Assembly: GCA_963666565.1 (NCBI GenBank)
Contig: OY762911.1
Coordinates: 320,001 to 384,000 of the forward strand
Reading direction: 5' to 3'
DNA from: Thermoanaerobaculia bacterium
GTDB lineage: Bacteria; Acidobacteriota; Thermoanaerobaculia; Multivoradales; Multivoraceae
DNA: 64,000 nt
Shown here: positions 63,838-64,000 of the stretch, one piece after another
How the letters are laid out: every line of letters starts with the position of its first letter
How positions within the stretch are numbered: position 1 is the first letter of the stretch
Position numbers and translations under genes: made by a program
Notes under the pieces: model-generated
What the model was told of the DNA's origin: nothing
The model's database searches: none
Seen by the model: only the letters and a program-made list of their open reading frames with translations

Positions 63838-64000
63838 ATGAGCGACTCCAACCAGATGTCCTTCGGTGTGGTGCTCCAGCCGGACCCGCCGATCTCCCGC
63901 GTCGTCGAACTCGCAACGATCGCCGAGGCACGCAGCTTCGACCACTGCTGGCTGTTCGACTCCCACGTCCTGTGGCCCGAGCCGTTCGTCATCTTCTCGC
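63838..64000 (+). CDS. LLM-class (probably F420-dependent) oxidoreductase, 5' part
   Basis: MSFGVVLQPDPP...FDHCWLFDSHVLWPEPF; runs off window end. Confidence 0.75.
   Translation, partial: MSDSNQMSFGVVLQPDPPISRVVELATIAEARSFDHCWLFDSHVLWPEPFVIFS

Overview
High-GC bacterial chromosomal segment. Gene content (obgE-rpmA-rplU, lpxC, ntrY/ntrX-like pair next to selB, partner-switching module, a recurrent Cys-containing KVL(D/N)xCxxNxxxWV domain) suggests Acidobacteriota, possibly Thermoanaerobaculia-like; this is an inference only. Core genes include rplU/rpmA/obgE, a peptide ABC importer, queA, larB/larE, gcvT/gcvH, an M16 peptidase pair, tRNA-Ala(CGC), pcm, uvrA, smpB, lpxC, selB and ald. Accessory content has four parts. 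(1) A tandem cluster of secreted reprolysin-like metalloproteases sharing an unnamed C-terminal domain (1.7-10 kb). (2) A family of REP/REPIN palindromes, two of them translated in frame inside the M16 peptidases. (3) An IS110/IS1111 element (27394-28833) inserted exactly into one REP. Its 3' non-coding region contains readable bridge-RNA/seekRNA guides matching both the REP target and its own circle junction. (4) An ~18 kb defence island (44.8-62.6 kb): SNF2 helicase-nuclease, MNT plus an internally deleted HEPN, DUF1156-type methyltransferase, two different ABC-ATPase/DUF4276-like pairs, DUF499-type ATPase, an Abi/DRT4-like reverse transcriptase split by an ISL3, and a STAND-like ATPase. All family assignments come from recognising motifs by eye; no database searches were run.
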